Notes under the pieces: generated by a model
Databases searched by the model: none
What the model was told of the DNA's origin: nothing
The model's input: only the letters and a program-made list of their open reading frames with translations
DNA from: Phaeosaccion multiseriatum
Lineage: Eukaryota > Protista > Ochrophyta, other classes
Direction: 5' to 3'
Assembly: GCA_965112735.1 (NCBI GenBank)
Contig: OZ218959.1
Coordinates: forward strand, 1,922,001 to 1,986,000
DNA: 64,000 nucleotides
Shown here: piece after piece, positions 10,541 through 23,974 of the stretch
How the letters are laid out: every line of letters starts with the position of its first letter
How positions within the stretch are numbered: position 1 is the stretch's first letter
Program-made: the position numbers and the translations under genes

Positions 10541-13404
10541 TCCTCCTCCTGCTGCTGCTGCTGCTGGTGGTGGTACTGCTGCTGCTGCTGGGCCTGAGCT
10601 TGTGACCAATCTCTGAACAGTATTTGCCGAGCAAGGTCGAAAAGTGCCAGCAGCAGGAGCTTGTTTGTGGGCTGCTGAAGCAGGTCCGTCACGGCGTCAA
10701 CACGATCCGAGGCCCACGCCACTCCAGCTACGCCTTTCATGCCCCTGAAGGAAGTGATCGAGTCGGGGCCGCAGGGCAGGGTTGCAAAGGCAGGGCAGGA
10801 GGACAGGGCAGACATAGATCGGGCATATGGGCAGGCATGGATCGGGCATATGGGCAGGCATGGATCAGGCATATGGGCAGGCATGGATCAGGTATATGGG
10901 CAGGCATGGATCAGGTATATGTGCAGGCATGGATCGGGCATATGGGCAGGCATGGATCAGGCATATGGGCAGGCATGGATCGGGCATATGGGTAGGCATG
11001 GATCAGGCACATGGGCAGGCATGGATCAGGCATATGGGCAGGCATGGATCAGGCATATGGACAGGCATGGATCAGGCACATGGGCAGGCATGGATCAGGC
11101 ATATGGGCAGGCATGGATCAGGCATATGGGCAGGCATGGATCAGGTAAATGGGCAGGCCAAGCACATGGATATGGGCACGCATGGATCAGGTATATGGGC
11201 AGGCATGGATCAGGTATATGGGCAGGCATCGATCAGGCATATGGGCAGGCATGGATCAGGCATATGGGCAGGCATGGATCAGGAATATGGGCAGGCATGG
11301 ATCAGGCATATGGGCAGGCATGGATCAGGATTATGGGCAGGCATGGATCAGGCATATGGGCAGGCATGGATCAGGTATACGGGCAGGCATGGATCGGGCA
11401 TATGGGCAGGCATGGATCAGGTATATGGGCAGGCATGGATCAGGCATATGGGCAGGCATGGATCAGGTATATGGGCAGGCATGGATCAGGCATATGGGCA
11501 GGCATGGATCAGGCATATGGGCAGGCATGGATCAGGAATATGGGCAGGCATGGATCAGGCATATGGGCAGGCATGGATCAGGTATATGGGCAGGCATGGA
11601 TCAGGCATATGGGCAGGCATGGATCAGGCATATGGGCAGGCATGGATTAGGCATATGGGCAGGCATGGATCAGGTATATGGGCAGGCATGGATCAGGCAT
11701 ATGGGCAGGCATGGATCAGGCATATGGGCAGGCATGGATCAGGAATATGGGTAGGCATGGATCAGGCATATGGGCAGGCATGGATCAGGCATATGGGCAG
11801 GCATGGATCAGGCATATGGGCAGGCATGGATCAGGCATATGGGCAGGCATGGATCAGGCATATGGGCAGGCATGGATCAGGAATATGGGCAGGCATGGAT
11901 CAGGCATATGGGCAGGCATGGATCAGGCATATGGGCAGGCATGGATCAGGCATATGGGCAGGCATGGATTAGGCATATGGGCAGGCAGAGCAGAGCAGAG
12001 CAGGGTAGGGCAAAGGCAGGGCAGGGAGGAGAAGCCCCGAGGGAGCTCCTCACTGTGTCTGTGGAATGAATGCTCACCTGTCTCGGACTGCGGCCTCAAA
12101 GAAGGCGAGCATTTCCACCCTGCACTCTGCCGTGATGCTCGCAAACAGCTCCTCGTCGACTGCGCCTGACAAGGAAGAGAGGAGGGAGGGGAGGGGGGGT
12201 ATGAAGGCATGAGTATAAGTTGCCTCAAGTAGGGGGGGGGGGGGATGAGACAGAAGAGAAAGGAGGAAGGAGAGCTTCATGCGCCCCCCCCTCCCCTCCC
12301 CAGGAAGGAGAGCCCCTTCCGTGCGACCCAACGCACGGCATATGAAACGCCTCTTTTTATCTCTTTAACCTGCTGTGGAAGAAGAAAGAGCTTACCTCCG
12401 AGTGCCTTGGAGACAACCTCAATTTGAGGAGGGAGGCTGAACAGAATATTCCTCGGCTCCGGCGGCATCTTCTTCTGAGGCGTGTTGGGGTGCTGTGGAT
12501 ACCCACCTTGCCCCACTGGTGCTCGATCGTCGCCAGACCCAGAGCCGAAGGACCATCTGGGTGACATGGGCTCTGAAGAAGCGGAGCCGAACGACGACGT
12601 CTCCCGGGCACGCTGCCCCTTGTCACCGGAGACAGAGAGGCCTGATCGGGCACCCCCTCCTCCTCCTCCTCCTCCTCCTCCTCCTCCCCCTCCTCCTCCT
12701 CCTCCTCCTCCTCCTCCTCCTCCTCCTCCTCCTCCTCCTCCTCCTCCCCCTCCCCCTCCTCCTCCTCCTCCTCCTCCTCCTCCTCCTCCTCCTCCTCCTC
12801 CTCCTCCTCCTCCTCCTCCTCCTCCTCCTCCTCCTCCTCCTCCTCCTCCTCCTCCTCCTCCTCCTCCTCCTCCTCCTCCTCCTCCTCCTCCTCCTCCTCC
12901 TCCTCCTCCTCCTCCTCCTCCTCCTCCTCCTCCTCCTCCTCCACCACCACCACCACCACCACCACCACCTCCTCCTCCTCCTCCCCCTCCTTCTCCTTCT
13001 CCTCCCCCGCGATCACATGACCATCCTTGCTCTCCTTCTTGGCCCGCCTCCGCCCCCTCCTCCTCCACACTACGTGTGCCGCTCTCTCTCCTCTTTGAGC
13101 CGCTGCTGCTGCTGCTGCTACGGCGGTGGTGGTGTCGGTGCGCTCCCTCTTTTGTCCTTGGCCCACAAATTGGTTCACCTCTTGGTTCGCCATTTGGGGC
13201 CTTGCTGCCATCACTTCGCTCCCTCTGCCGACCCGCCGCCTGCTCTTTGTGTCTCCCCTTCTCCTCCTGCTGCTCCTCGTAGTCCTTCTCCCAATTGAGC
13301 TTAACGAGCCCTTTCATTGGGGTCAAGTGATACAGCAACAACAAGTACAAGCACAAGAACAACATCAACAACAACAACAACAACATTAACAACAACAACA
13401 ACAA

Positions 13405-13463
<59 letters not shown>

Positions 13464-14328
13464 GCAACAACAACGAGAAGAGCAGCGTTCACGGGCGGAT
13501 CGGTGTTGAGAGCAGAGACAAGAGAGCGGTGGGGTTGCTCGAAGGTGTGGAGTACACGGGGGGACGTCGAGAGCGAACAAAGGCGCGTTACAAAAGCGAA
13601 GGCAAGGCCGCAACAAAACAAGAGCTACTTGCCAACAAATGAGGCAGAGAGAGAGGAGACGGAGAGAGGGAGGGAGAGGGAGGGAGAGAGAGACAGAGAG
13701 AGAGAGGAGAGGGAGACCCGTCCCCCCTGCGCTGCCAGCAGCAGCCACCATGCCAGCGAGAAATACGCCATACCACAGCACCACAACCCCCCACCTTGCA
13801 TGAGCTCCATTCTCAGCTGTCTCGCAGGCTCCGACTTGGTGCGGGCCAGCACCCCGGCGACGAGAGAGAAGGCCTGCGGGTGCTTTCGACCGAGCCCTGT
13901 TTGGTTGAAGAGCGTCGTCTGAGTATCGCATTTGATTCATGGTTCGTTGCAGTGGGTGGTGGTGGCGAAAGGAGGAGAAGAAGGAATGATATGCAAGACC
14001 GAGAGAGAGAGAGAGAGGGCGAGGGGGGGGCGGGGGGCGGGAGAGAAAGCTGAATTAACTCAAGACAGTTTCCCTCCTGAGTTTTGGCGATGCGTGGCTG
14101 GTGCTTAGGTCAAGGGCAGTGAGAGGGAGAGGGACAGGGGCAAGGAGGGTAGGAGGACAGGGACTAGCGCATACTCGGTATCTCATCTTCTACGTCACTC
14201 CTCGCTTTCTCCTCCCGGATGGGCTTACCGGCTGCAGCTTGGAGAGCACCAGAACGTGCAGTAGATGTGGCTCGGAGAAGCGGTCCACAACCTTCGCCCT
14301 CATCCAGAGACAGTGAGGGAGTGGACAG

Positions 14329-14360
<32 letters not shown>

Positions 14361-15809
14361 GGAGACAGAGAGAGAGAGAGATGGAGACGTGGCGGGAAGG
14401 GCTTGGGGTTGGGCGAAGCGTAACAAGGGGCGACACAGCTCAGACAGACAGGCCGTAGGGTATACAAGAATACAGCACACTTCACGAGGAGGAGTGAGCT
14501 AAGCGAGTAGCAGAAGCACCAGTAACAGAGGAGAGGAGGGGGGGAGGGACGAGGCGAGAGAAGGGGAGCGAGAGCGCAACCGCCCTTCTGACGGACTGCC
14601 TCTCTCTACGCGCTTGGGCCATGTCATGTTGTCAGCTTCTGAAGGACTCTCTCCCCTCCCCTACTAACACTCGGTACCGTCACGGCTCAGAGCAAGGAGG
14701 AGGAGCCAAGAGGGGGAACGAGAGAGGGAGAGGGAGATGGCAGCCTTACATAGTACTACGTACCTGGGCGTGAAGGACTTGGGTGAGTTGTGGCACGAGA
14801 ACCGCGCTTTTCAAGAGCTCCACCACCTTACCCTGCCCCACCACGGCTTTCACACTGGGATGCACAGCGCTTCCGATAGCCGCCCACAGGTCATTGGCGT
14901 CCTGAGAAGAGGAAGAGGAGAAGGAGGAGGTGGAGGAGGAGGAATAGAGGCAGGTAATGAAAGCATCAGACAGACGGCAGCCGTGGTGGTGCGAGATGAA
15001 ATGGATTGGAGAGAAGGAAAGCATTTCGCTCATAGTCTCTTGGGAGAGAGGCCGAGGAGAGATGGAATGAGAGTAGATAGGAATTCGAGAGGGGGGGAGG
15101 GAGGCAGACAGACAGAACAGAGAGCAGCGAGAAGCGAAGTGTGTCACTCCACCGAGGCGACCGACCTTGGGGAAGACATGGTCAAGAAGTTCGAGAACGA
15201 AGCGCTTGAGCACCGAGCGAACCCCGACGTCGAAGGACTCCTGCCACTCCGCAGCAACATCCTCCGTGAGTGCGTCAGGCGCAGGCAACGCCGCTGGCCA
15301 GAAGCCCCCTCTCTCCTTGAAGCGCTGGAGCAACAGAGCCCTCTCCCCCACCGTCAGTACCTCATTGGTCCCGTGCCCACTCCCACGCCAGCTTGTGTTT
15401 GATTCTCCGTCCCCATCAACGGGTGGTTGCTGTGGCTGCACCTCATCAACACCAGAACTTGCCGCCCATGACTCGGGATGTCTGCTGCTAGTGCTAGTGC
15501 TAGTGCTACTGCTGCTGCTGGGTCTTCGTCTCGTCCTTCTGGTGCTACTAGTACTGCTCTCTGTGCGGCTTCGTGGCTGCTCAGACGTGGAGGCATTCGC
15601 CAAGTCCTCCTTGTCCAGAGATGCCTCCAAGTGGGCACGTATGCACGCGACGACGCTACGAATGGCGTGGCGAATGGCGAGGTTAGAGAGGATGCGATAG
15701 AGGCGGCCCTCTACGAAGGTCACAAGAGCGTCCACCAAACCGCTCGCCACCCCTGTGAGTGTCAGCGCGGCACATTCGTCGACAGAAGGGAAAGAGGGCT
15801 TGAGTGAGG

Positions 15810-15840
<31 letters not shown>

Positions 15841-16393
15841 GAGGAGGAGAGAGCGTCCAAGAGACAGCGAGGGCGTGAGGGCGTGGCACTTGAAGTGAGG
15901 GCCCCGGCGATTGACACATGGGCACGCACCGGACTTGCGCAGGAGTCCGCTCACCACCCACCCGCCTCCACCGGCATCGTAGGCAAGCAGCTTGAGGGCA
16001 TTGTCCAGGATAGTCTTGATGCACGATGTGAACTCGGCTTTGCCATAGTGTAGGAAAGGAGTGAACGGGGGGGGGGGGCGGCAAGTGTGTGATCAAAACC
16101 CGCAACAGTCCACCCCCATCCAAAAGATGCTCACCTGAGGGCTCGTCTGTACGGGCGTCTCCTTCAGCTGTCTGCTTTCTTTCCTCGCCTTTCCCCCGAC
16201 ATTGCTTCTCGTCGCTTTCCTTTCGCCTCTGCTGGGCCTTCTGCCGGGGCTTCTGCTGGGGCTTCTTTCTGGGCTGCTCCTGGTGTTCAGGCTTCGTCTC
16301 CCCCTTCGCCGGCAAGATTTGGCTACACGCAGAGTATTCTCTTCTCCAGTGAGGAGGCGCTGCTCTCTTGTACCTCCCACGTCTCCTGAACAT
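8132..16393 (-). CDS. Large multi-exon gene with sorting-nexin C-terminal (Nexin_C)-like helical segments; exon model approximate
   Basis: In-phase GT-AG junctions around 16135/16038 and 15930/15752; segments GFWP...RFVLELLDHVFP, LLQQPTNKLLLLALFDLARQILF and LQREWLP resemble Nexin_C; microsatellite-filled introns. Confidence 0.45.
10805..11985. repeat. 23-bp minisatellite (~50 copies), intronic
   Basis: Unit gggcaggcatggatcaggcatat head-to-tail with point variants and no spacers. Confidence 0.95.
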
Positions 16394-16878
16394 ATCTTGT
16401 TCTTTGTTCTTTGCCTTTTTGTGTGGCGATTCGATTGTCAAGCCCCTCCTTTACATGTTGGTTGTACGGCGGGTTCTGCAGAGTCGAGCAGAGCTGCGTA
16501 ATTAAGCGAAAGCCAAGGACGAAGAAGACTCTCTTCCCGATACCGAGAAGCGGCCCAGGAACGCAATTAACGCAATTGCAAGGGCGAGCTCATTCCAGAG
16601 AGCCAGTCCGCCAGCAAGACGTATGGTGGGCCTTGTGGATGTGATTTTTGCAGTTCATACGCAACGTCTGGGCCTTAGGGAAGCCAATACATAAAGGGGG
16701 GGCAAAGCTTATCCACTATCTAGTCGCCAGTAAGGGGCAGGGGAATCGAATTTAATTGGTTGGCCCTCTCATCGCCTTTTAGCACGATATTCGCCTTGTT
16801 TGTATTGCACGAGGCAACGATGCCGGCATTCGACCTGTTTCGACGAGGGCAACACGATCGCATGTTATTTCGGTCTCT

Positions 16879-17938
16879 CTACCCTTTAGGTGAGTGAGCT
16901 CTCATACCTCCAACAAGAAGACTTGGGGCAACGAAAGGGGGGTGGTGAGTGTGTGCGTCGGGGAGTGGGGCCGGTTGACCACTGGCACCGCTATCAGGCA
17001 CGCTTCCTCCCTGCGAAGAGAGGGAAGAGACTTGCTCCAGCAGGGTGCACGCCTCGGCGCTACTCGCAGCCGCAGCCGCAGCAGTTGCTGCTACCAAAGG
17101 CACAGGCCCCTCTCTCAGCTGCCTCTGCTGCTCGAGCTGTCCTGGCGATGGGCACGTCGGCTGTGGCTCTAAGAGGGAGTTGGCGAACTCCTCCCCAGGC
17201 GCAGGCCGCCTCAAGTCCCTTGTCAGCATGCCCCCCTGCTGAAAAATCCGCTTCATAGTGGCCTTCGCGCGTTCATCCTCCTCTTCAGCAGGTCATGGTG
17301 CTGGCGCAGATGCGCACTCGTCTTGCGGAAAACGTTGCTCGACTTGCCCAGTCCTTTCTCTACGTCCGTGCAGCCCTCGTTCCAGTCGCAAGCCCAGCAG
17401 TCAAAGTCAATCGCACCATTTGCTAACAACTCTCCCCTCTCTGGCGACGCCTTCTCCTCCTTGGTGGCCACCTTCCTCGCTGGAATCGCGAGACCCGCGC
17501 TCGCTCTTTGCTAGAAACTGCGCAGAAGGCGAGAGGCTCTTGAGTGCAGTCAGCGACTCCTCAACATTTGCGCTACGCTCTGCTGCCTCTGAGGCAGCAA
17601 GATCATCCTCGACGTACACAACATCACTGCAGCTGTCCTCTCCCGCCCCTTCCTCCCCTTTGAGCTGCACACTTCCCCTCAGACCACTCTCCCGCCGTAT
17701 CCGCAAAATCAAGTATACAGGGTGATCCAGCGAACAGCGGCTCCTCCAGAGACCAGCTTCGCGTCATGAGCTGAAGCTCCTCAACGCGGTGCACATCATC
17801 AACTTCCCTCCCCCCGTTGCTCCTCCTTGTCGTGATTCCACCTCGCTCCGGTTGAAGGATCCAGGATGCACGTGTACGATGGCCTTCCGTTCGCCGCCTC
17901 CCCATTCGCAATGTAGAGAGGTACACCCTCGGGGTCAC
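16879..17938 (-). pseudogene. Broken ORF series with a BED/C2H2-like zinc finger; possible transposon relic
   Basis: CWAC...SSNVFRKTSAHLRQHH at 17253-17471; overlapping ORFs in changing frames; lacks host-type microsatellite introns. Confidence 0.3.
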
Positions 17939-18500
17939 TCAGACAACCCAGAGATTTTTTTTTTTTTTTCCTTTCCTTTCCTCCCCCCCCCCCCCGATTG
18001 GATATTGGGCCAAAATGAGGGAGAAGGGATCTTTTACAATTACGAAACTGGTAGGTCGACTCTGGTCCCTAGGATACGAAAGGATAAAACTCAACGGCTC
18101 AGGGGTCTCGGAAATTAATGAAATTGGAAATTACGGCTCAGGTCTCGTGGGTGTCCAAAAAGAAAAGTGAGCCAATAGGTGGGGTCACGGATAGGGGTCA
18201 CAATTTGCTAATTTCTCCCAATCCGGAACGTAATTGGCCTCCGCGATAGATGCGCGTGCAGACGAATCCAGAAAGAAAGGCAAACACGGCACAAAGAGAG
18301 ACAAGGCAAGCCTGGCAAGGATCTAGCAAGGAGACGCGCTTATCCCCCTTTTACTCCTTGCGCTCCTGAGGGCGCCCCCTCACCCCCTCAAACTGTCCCG
18401 GTGGTAGGCCCTCACACGGTACTGTACCACCGACGCTGTCTTTAAGCTACTGTAGTGAACTGGCGCGGGAAAACAAAAACCCTACCAGTTGGGCATAGAA

Positions 18501-18574
18501 ATGTGTACGCCCCACGAGCAGCAGCCTGTTGCGGGGCCGAAAGAGCAGGAGCAGCAGCAGGAGCCAGAGAAGCG

Positions 18575-18631
<57 letters not shown>

Positions 18632-19239
18632 GCAGCCGCAGCCGCAGCCGCAGCCGTCGAAGGAACAGCAACCGCAACAGCAACAGCCGCAGGTCGAAAG
18701 AGAAAGGGTGACAACCAAAAGAGAAAGGGTGACAACCAGAGTGAAGGTGAGCTGCAAGCGATGTCAAGCTTGGCATCGGAAGTGTAATGGCGCCACCCCG
18801 TGCGACGGCTGCCTGGCGCGGGGCTTCAAGGATGGATGCGAGTATGAACAGCACCGCAAGGTGAGAGCTGTCCTGGTACCTAGATCTTTTGGCTCCCTAT
18901 TCCTTGTTCCCTTCCTGCTCTTTACGGATCCTTTACGTGCTACCAATCCCGTCACCAAAGAGCAAGTCGCGGAGACCCTCTCACTCACCCCACTGCTTTC
19001 TTTCTTGTGCTATAACCTCTCACTCACCCCACTACTTTCCTTCTTGTGTGCGGTTCCTTGGTTGTCCATCCCATCACCAGAGAGGACCCAAGCCAGGGGT
19101 GCAAAGGGGGGCTCGGAAAAAGCGCAAGACAGGGCTGGAGAGCAGCGCCGAGGCAGGCTCTGCTGCGCAACACCAGCGGCGGCAGCAGCAGCAGCAGCAG
19201 TGGCAGCAGTGGCAGCAGCAACAGACGCAGGAGCTACAT

Positions 19240-19270
<31 letters not shown>

Positions 19271-20979
19271 TACAGCTACAGCAGCACCATCAGCAGTGGC
19301 AGCCGCAACACGTGGGTCGTAGTCATCCAGCAGCACTCGCTCCTGCCGAGCTGGGCGATCCCAGGCATTGGGACATGCAACCCAGGCTGCTCAGCACCTC
19401 CGTCATCACACGAGACAAGGAAGAAGCGTATAATAGAGAGGACATCCACGGAATGTATCCCTACTACCAGGGAGACTCTGCGGACAGCGCGGCACGCCAT
19501 CGCTACCTCCCATCCTCCGCGGCAAGGCCAATAGGACACGATGCAATAGAGCATGACGTCCGGCCGCGCAGCTCTCCCTCCTCCTACGGTGTACGAGGAG
19601 GACAAGTGTCGTATCAGCAGCAGCAGCACCAACAGCAGCAGCAGCAGCAGCCGCTCCGACACCAGCAGCACCTACGCCAACGACAACGGGAGGGTGAGGA
19701 AAAGGGGGACAAGGGGGACGAGAAGGAGGAATACTTTTACTACCAGCGTCACCCCCAACGGCAGCACCAGCAACACCACCAACAGCTCCTCCAGCAGCAC
19801 CACCAGCAGCAGCAGAAGCAGCAGCTCCAGCAGCTCCAGCGCCGCCAGCCCCACCACTTACAGCAGCAGCGCCACGAGCAGCAGCCGCAGCCGCTGCAGC
19901 AGACGCAGCACTACGGGCAGCTCCACGATCTCCAGGAGAGTTGGCAAGGCCAGCCTTCTTCCTCCTCCTCCCCATCATCATCATCTGGAGCACGGCTTGT
20001 GTACCCCGTCTCGCGCGGGCACAGCCCCCCACCAGCCTACCAGCCCGTTGCGTACGACCTCTCACCACCACCAGCAGCGTCATCGTCACAGCATGTGAGG
20101 ACATCGCCCTCGCAGCCAGTGCCCGCAGCCCTGTTGGTACCCCGTCGGGAAACGCCACGCCATCTGTTGGGACCTCCAGACCGACGTGCTCCTCTGCTGC
20201 CTTTTGAGCCTTCGCCGCCGCCTACGCGGGAGCACTATGCGCCAAATGCACACGCCAATGCCAGTGTAGGCAGCGGCTTGTATGGAGAACGGGCGAGGGA
20301 CGGATACGGGGATTGGCTACAAGCCAGGGACGACGCGAGGGACGGCAGGGGGGCGGCGGTTACACAGAGCACAGTAGGTATGGGCTTGGCAGTACCGCGT
20401 AGAGAGCCCTTTGTTGCTGCCGCTCCCATCTGTGATTCCACCATTGCCGCTGTTGGTGCTGCTGCGGATGCTGCTCCGCGATACCAAGTACGAGTACACC
20501 CCAGCCCCGTCAGCAGTAGTGGCAGCCTTAGTAGCAGGGGTGGCGTCCTCCCACACTCCATTAGCAGTAGTGGCAGCCTGAGCAGCAGGGGCGGCGGCAG
20601 CAGCAGTAGTGGCAGCATCAGCAGCAGGACCTGGGTCGACAGCAGTAGTACCACCGCCCCGGTTTCCGCCGCCCTCGCCACCACCACCACCACCACCACC
20701 GCCACCACCAGCAGCAACAGCAGCCCTATCCATAGTAGTACGAGCAACAACGCAAACGCTCCCTACTACGTGGCACCGAGCTTGCGGGCCATTCCCGACC
20801 TTCGGCCCGCGCTCCCTAGAGCTGAGCTTCCCGGTGCCGCAGCCGCCGTCGCCGACGCTCCCAGACACCGGCCAACCAGTCCGAGCGGCGCTACTGCTTC
20901 TGCCCAGAGCTCGGCTTTTTATCAGCGTGTGCGCCTCCCCAGTCACGACGGCCGCGACACCGGCAATGGGACTTGGTGA
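18501..20979 (+). CDS. Zn(II)2Cys6 binuclear-cluster transcription factor (exons 18501-18860, 19081-20979)
   Basis: SCKRCQAWHRKCNGATPCDGCLARGFKDGCEY; splicing restores HRK|RGPKP in frame; Q/P/S-rich C-terminus. Confidence 0.85.
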
Positions 20980-21195
20980 TAAGGCAGGAGGAGGAGGAAG
21001 AGGAGCAGGAGGAGGAGGAGGAGGAGGAGCAGCAGGAGGAGGAGGAGGAGGAGCAGGAGGAGGAGGAGGAGGAGGAGGAGGAGGAGGAGGAGCAGGAGGA
21101 GAAAGAGGAGGAGGAGCAGCAGCAGCAGCCGCGGGCCTTTCGTCCTGTTGGAGGGAAGGAGGCAAAGCGGCGCAACTTGCACGCCACACAGCCCT

Positions 21196-21306
21196 GTGCC
21201 ATACGGAGTATGTGCCAAACGAAGTATGTGCCATACAGTGCCATACAGAGTATGTGCCATACAGAGTATGTGCCATACAGAGTATGTGCCATACAGAGTA
21301 TGTGCC
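21196..21306. repeat. 16-bp tandem repeat (ccatacagagtatgtg)n
   Basis: Several head-to-tail copies downstream of the TF stop codon. Confidence 0.85.
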
Positions 21307-21777
21307 AATCGCTTGCCGATCACTGGCCCCCATGTGAGGAGGCCCGTTGTGTATTAGGTTTGTTGGTTATCGTCTACGAGGTATGCGATAAGTCCCACAA
21401 GCCAAACCCACCAATCACATTTGTTTGTCCCATTAGATGTGCTGATTGCTTGTCAGCCGGTGGTTGGGGATCATCCAAGGGAAGGGTAAACTAATAACAT
21501 GTGGCTATCAGTATAGGGAAGGTTTTCCTCCTTTTTTTTGTCTATGCACACTGTGTATCCATCATGTGTGTGCGTGCCAGCTGTGAGTGGTCGACAGGCG
21601 CAGACTCTTGCTTGGAGAAGAGCTCCGCAGCCGAACTATGTGATCAATCATCATGTGGTACACTGGCTGTGTTTCTCTCTCTCTCTTCTTGCTTGCTCGA
21701 CGGTGGACTGACTTGACTGCCACTGCTCCACTCCATTCCACTCCACTCCACCCCACTCCACTCCACCCCACTCCACT

Positions 21778-23943
21778 TCACTTGACCCCGATAAGCGCCA
21801 CTTTGGGGACGTACCTCCCGCTGAAACACATGGCATCGCTCTCGCTCTCCTCCTCAGACTCGGACCCGCTCTCCGGCCAAGGGGGCGTTGAGGTTGTGGA
21901 GCTGTTGGTCCTACCCCATGCTCTTTCATCCTCCACCAAACCCCGCCCCTCCTTCTCTTCCTCCCCCTGCTCCTGCTCCTCCTGCTGCTCCTGCTGCTCA
22001 TGCCGCTCCTCCTCTCCCGCTGTAGAGCGACCACTTGCGCTGCTATTGGTGTCGTCGTCACTGTCACCATCTCCGATCGTTACCGCAGCCCCTGCTACTG
22101 CTCCTACTACTGCTCCTGCTGTTGTTGCTGCTGCTGTTGCTACTGCTGCTGTCTGCCTCCTCTTCACCGCTGCTCGTCGTTGGGTCCCACGCAGCCCCCC
22201 AATTTGCTGCGTCTGCTGCTGCCCCATCCTTGCTGCTGCCGTGGCTTCTTGAGCTGCGGCCTCCAGCTGCGGTGCTGCCGCTTCTCGCTTCACCCTCGCA
22301 AGGACGCCCTTGGACTGCTTCGCAAACAGCTCCAGCAGCTCCACCGAGCCCACAAAGCGTTCAATGAAGCTCTCTCGCGTGTACGACTGAGTGGTTGGTT
22401 TGGTTTAATTTCGAACGGAGAAGTGCGTCCGAGGGGAGGAGGAGAAAAAAAGAGAAGACATGGTAGGGGGGGGGAGGAGGAGGAGGAGGTGGAGGAGGGG
22501 GAGGAGGAGGAGATGATGCCATGAGCGGACGGACGAGGAGTACAAGAAGTAGCGTTGCATGCTGATAGGACAGATCGAACTGAGAAGCGATGGCCGAGTT
22601 GATGAGAGAGAAAATGCGCGTGTGTGTGCGCGCACGCGTGTATGTGTATATGTGTGTATGCATGTGTGTGTGTTCGTGTGTATAGGTGTGCGTATGTGTG
22701 TGTTTGTGCGCGCGCGTTTGTGTATGTGTGTGTGCATGATTGTGTGTGTTTGCGTGTGTGTATGTGTGTGCGTGTGTGTGCGCGTGTGTGTGCGGGCCTC
22801 TTTCGCAACCCTCGGCTTGCAAGCATCCCCTAATTGTGGGGAAGAGGGGTATGCTCGTTTCCTTCTGTCCTTTCTTTCTTCCTTCCTTCCTTCCTTCCTT
22901 CCTTCCTTCCTTCCTTCCTTCCTTCCTTTCTTCCTTCCTTCCTTCCTTCCTTCCTTCCTTCCTTCCTTCCTTCCTTTCTTCCTTCCTTCCTTTCTTCCTT
23001 CCTTCCTTCCTTCCTTCCTTCCTTCCTTCCTTCCCTCCTTCCTTCCTTCCTTCCTTCCTTCCTTCCTTCCTTCCTTCCTTCCTTCCTTGTTCCTCCCTCT
23101 CTCCCTTTCTCCCTCCTCCCTCCTCCTTTGCTTTTCTCCCTCCTTCTTTCCTTGCGCACCTTTCTGTGCATCGCCAACCGTCCGCCACGCATCCCCCCTC
23201 CGCCCCCCGCCCCCGGCAAGCAGGGCTGCTTGAGGTCAAGCACTTGGTCTGTAGTGAGGCTGAGGAGCAAAGCCAAGCAACCGCAGGCAAGCGCAGGCAC
23301 AGGCAAACGAGAGAAAGGGGCACACAACCACAAGGGCAAGAAGGAAGGAGGCGAATGGCGAGTAAGGCAGCAGGAAGAAGAAGATAAGGAGGAGGATCAA
23401 CATGCATCCACCATTACGCCCGCCTGACTCCGTTCAGGCTAGTCAAGGTCGCAGAGAGAGAATGAACGCAGCGACAGAAAAAATAGAGAAGAGAAAGGGA
23501 CTGAGACACACAGAGAGAGAGAAAGATATATACATATATACAATATATATACATATATATATATAATATATATAATATATATATATATAAATAAAGAGAG
23601 AGATAGAGAGAGAGAGAGAAAGACACTCACTTGCTATGCTTCAGCGCCCGATTCATGTCCACGAGGTCGAGGTCCGAGGCCGCGCAGAGCTGAAAGATGG
23701 CTCGTACGTCATCGGCCTCGACTTGCTTGCTTCCCGTGCTGCCCTCGAACAGGTAGAAGCACTGCAGGACGTTGCGCCAAGCTGTGCGGAGGTCTGGCCG
23801 GGCCCTGAAAGGGTCTTGGCATGGCTGCTTAGCATACATACGGAACAGAGATGAGGAGGAGAGAGGGGGAGGGAGGAGGAGGCGGAGGAGGAGGAGGAGG
23901 AGGAGGAGGGGGAGGGGGAGAAGGGGGAGGAGGGGGAGGGGGA

Positions 23944-23974
<31 letters not shown>

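Noticed and set aside
10739-12169. Long ORFs (MGRHGSGIWAGMDQAYGQAWIRH)n or a CRISPR-like array
   Set aside because: Translation of a 23-bp head-to-tail minisatellite; no unique spacers and no cas genes; eukaryotic intron context.
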